A DNA stretch of 63,668 nt, the filler included, from Lenisia limosa (taxonomy: Eukaryota; Protista; Breviatea): NCBI GenBank assembly GCA_001655205.1. It is 8 parts of 8 records of this genome, joined end to end, with 100 filler letters (N's around TTAATTAATTAA, not from the genome) between each part and the next. Parts side by side here need not be neighbours in the genome. Positions count along the whole stretch, not along the records: positions 61,405 to 63,668 come from LPNZ01003689.1; 7 more parts are not named here. One strand, written 5' to 3'. The notes beneath the pieces were generated by a model. That model was not told the DNA's origin, made no database searches, and was given only the letters and a program-made list of their open reading frames with translations. Position 1 is the first letter of the stretch; each line of letters opens with the position of its first letter. Below are positions 61,967 through 63,668 of the stretch, in pieces. Made by a program: the position numbers and the translations under genes.

Positions 61967-62759
61967 ACACCATAATATCTATTTCACCCCCCACCCCACC
62001 AGCGCCGCCAACCTATCAACACAACCCTCTCGTCTGCATGCAGNNNNNNNNNNNNNNNNNNNNNNNNNNNNNNNNNNNNNNNTCTCCAGCCGCGCGTCGT
62101 CTTCCTATACCTTAATAAACGACATCAGATAAAAAAGCTGTTTGCAGAATTATATCAAGTGGTATTAGCCTTAATAAAGATTTCAGGGTTATATAGTGGT
62201 ATTAGACTGAAAGATTTCAGGGTTATTATAATTGGATTCATTCAGATATAAGACTTAATAAAAGAGAATTTGGAATTATTGAAAGTGGTAAAAAAAAATT
62301 TTAAAATTTTTAAAGAATTAAAGTTATGAAAAGAAGTATTATGAAGCTTTATAACTTATTGAGCTATCATGAGACATGTTAACATATTAGACTTAGTATT
62401 AGAGATATTGGACACATTCAGATTTTAAACTTAATGAAAGCGATAATGAAAATGAAATTGAAGTAGGGCTCCGTGTAATTAATGTTTTGGGGAAAATAGT
62501 TGACAAAATTAAAAAATTAAAGTGCCTGAAAAGGGTTCCAACAAGTCCCACTTCAAATTTTGAAAATATTTTTCCAATTACTTGCAGTTCAAAGGACAAT
62601 GCGATTTATGATATATGTAAAAAATATTAATGATGAATTTTGAATAGATGCCAAGAAAAAACATGATTGAGGCCCCAAACAAATCCTAATCCCCTTAACC
62701 CTTACCCACATGTGAGGATTGTATATGTAATATATGAATGCTCAGAACACCCCCCCCCC

Positions 62760-63630
62760 CAAACCAAATCCTCATCATTCTCAATGACAATCGACTTTCT
62801 GTTTCTGATCACCACGTCGTCATCATCGTCTTCCTCTGACTCTGAACGGTCAAAGTGATGAGCCCCACATATTATCATAAACAGCCAAGAATAAATATTG
62901 ATAGTTTTCGACAATTTATCGAGCAACTCAGTCTTTTCCCCTACCATCATTACCCAATTCTTCCACCTTACCATCTTCATCAGATTCTTCTGCACTCTCG
63001 TCGTCCTGTGACTCCTCATTTTCAGTCCTACAGAAAGTTGTCAGTTTCCATATCTTCAGTATAAATGTGGACTATAGTTATGACACTAGTTTAAAATGTA
63101 AACTAAAACATATTATAACGAAAAGCCGTTGAAATATCTTGTCAAGGATTTCACTATTTCTGAGACCGTTGACCCACTTGTATGAATCATTAATAGATAT
63201 GCACCATCACGCTTACACGGGATGATTATATATATATCATACTAATTCACCCAAATATATGCTTACAGCGTCTGTGCATATGATGCTCCACAACCTACCC
63301 TTCCTCCTCTTCAGCATCCTTATCCCCCGCTTCTTCGAAATCATCATCATCCGAGCCCTTATTAAGACCTCGCGTGATCCGACGAAACTGGCCCGGACCG
63401 CTCTTCTTCAACTCTTCCTTTGCCGATTTTTGCTTCGCTAACGCCGCCTTTTTTGCCAGTTTAGCCTTTCGTTTCTTCTCTTTGATTCGAGCGGCCTCCC
63501 TTTTTTCGAGTGCAGTATCTTCGGCTTTGATATCCTTCGTGTATTCAGCTGTAGAGTAAGATTGAGGGGTGAGGGTACTTTTGTTAAAAACAACAAAGCC
63601 CAAATCAGCTCTGTTGGCTGACAACACGAG
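62760..63630 (-). CDS. Partial hypothetical protein with Lys-rich and acidic tracts, multi-exon
   Basis: EKREAARIKEKKRKAKLAKKAALAKQK...DDDDFEEAGDKDAEEEEG, followed by spliced exons TENEESQDDESAEESDEDG and SEEDDDDDVVIRNRKSIVIENDEDL. Confidence 0.5.
62885..62941. mobile_element. Internal remnant of the hAT-like MITE family (intronic)
   Basis: ATAAATATTGATAGTTTTCGACAATTTATCGAGCAACTCAGTCTTTT matches the core of 50474-50572. Confidence 0.45.
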
Positions 63631-63668
63631 GGTCAATAACAACAAAACAAACCAAGCACAGGCCAGTC

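Noticed and set aside
1-63668. Possible stop-codon reassignment, suggested by many short ORFs and in-frame stops
   Set aside because: Conserved genes (WDR91, PEX19, RasGAP, LCMT1) become stop-free once short GT-AG introns are removed, and they end in TAA or TAG at the expected positions. The remaining in-frame stops are confined to decayed repeat-like loci.
1-63668. rRNA, tRNA and other structured ncRNA genes
   Set aside because: No recognisable conserved rRNA segments or tRNA cloverleaf/box A-B patterns were found by eye. A tRNAscan-SE or Infernal run would be needed to exclude them formally.

Overview
This is eukaryotic (protist-like) draft-assembly DNA with short GT-AG introns, the standard genetic code and many N gaps. 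It is not one locus. Seven artificial 100-bp linkers (44 N + TTAATTAATTAA + 44 N) join eight unrelated scaffolds: about 1-29645, 29746-44159, 44260-48852, 48953-52135, 52236-54924, 55025-60030, 60131-61304 and 61405-63668. Scaffold 1 is a compact, gene-dense block: WDR91, PEX19, a bacterial-type mannose-6-phosphate-isomerase-like cupin, a GAP1-like RasGAP, a small membrane protein, a secreted protein whose C-terminus resembles a phage tail-fibre domain, a RING-HC/ARM protein and a probable Nup160. Scaffold 2 holds a tandem-GAF protein, a decayed RecQ/telomere-linked-helicase-like gene, a divergent KDZ-transposase-like gene, a C2H2 zinc-finger gene and LCMT1. The small scaffolds are rich in repeats. 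The main discovery candidate is an intron-rich CxC-KDZ (Kyakuja-Dileera-Zisupton) transposase-like family. One near-complete copy has candidate D/D/E motifs and sits next to an inverted, pseudogenised chimeric copy; a divergent member lies on another scaffold and shares an unnamed N-terminal 'PPCLGL/CxxC' domain with the chimeric copy. Three non-autonomous TIR element families are visible: Tc1/mariner-like (TA TSD), hAT-like (8-bp TSD) and Kolobok-like (TTAA TSD). All gene models were spliced by eye and all family assignments come from recalled motifs, not database searches. No rRNA, tRNA or CRISPR array was seen.
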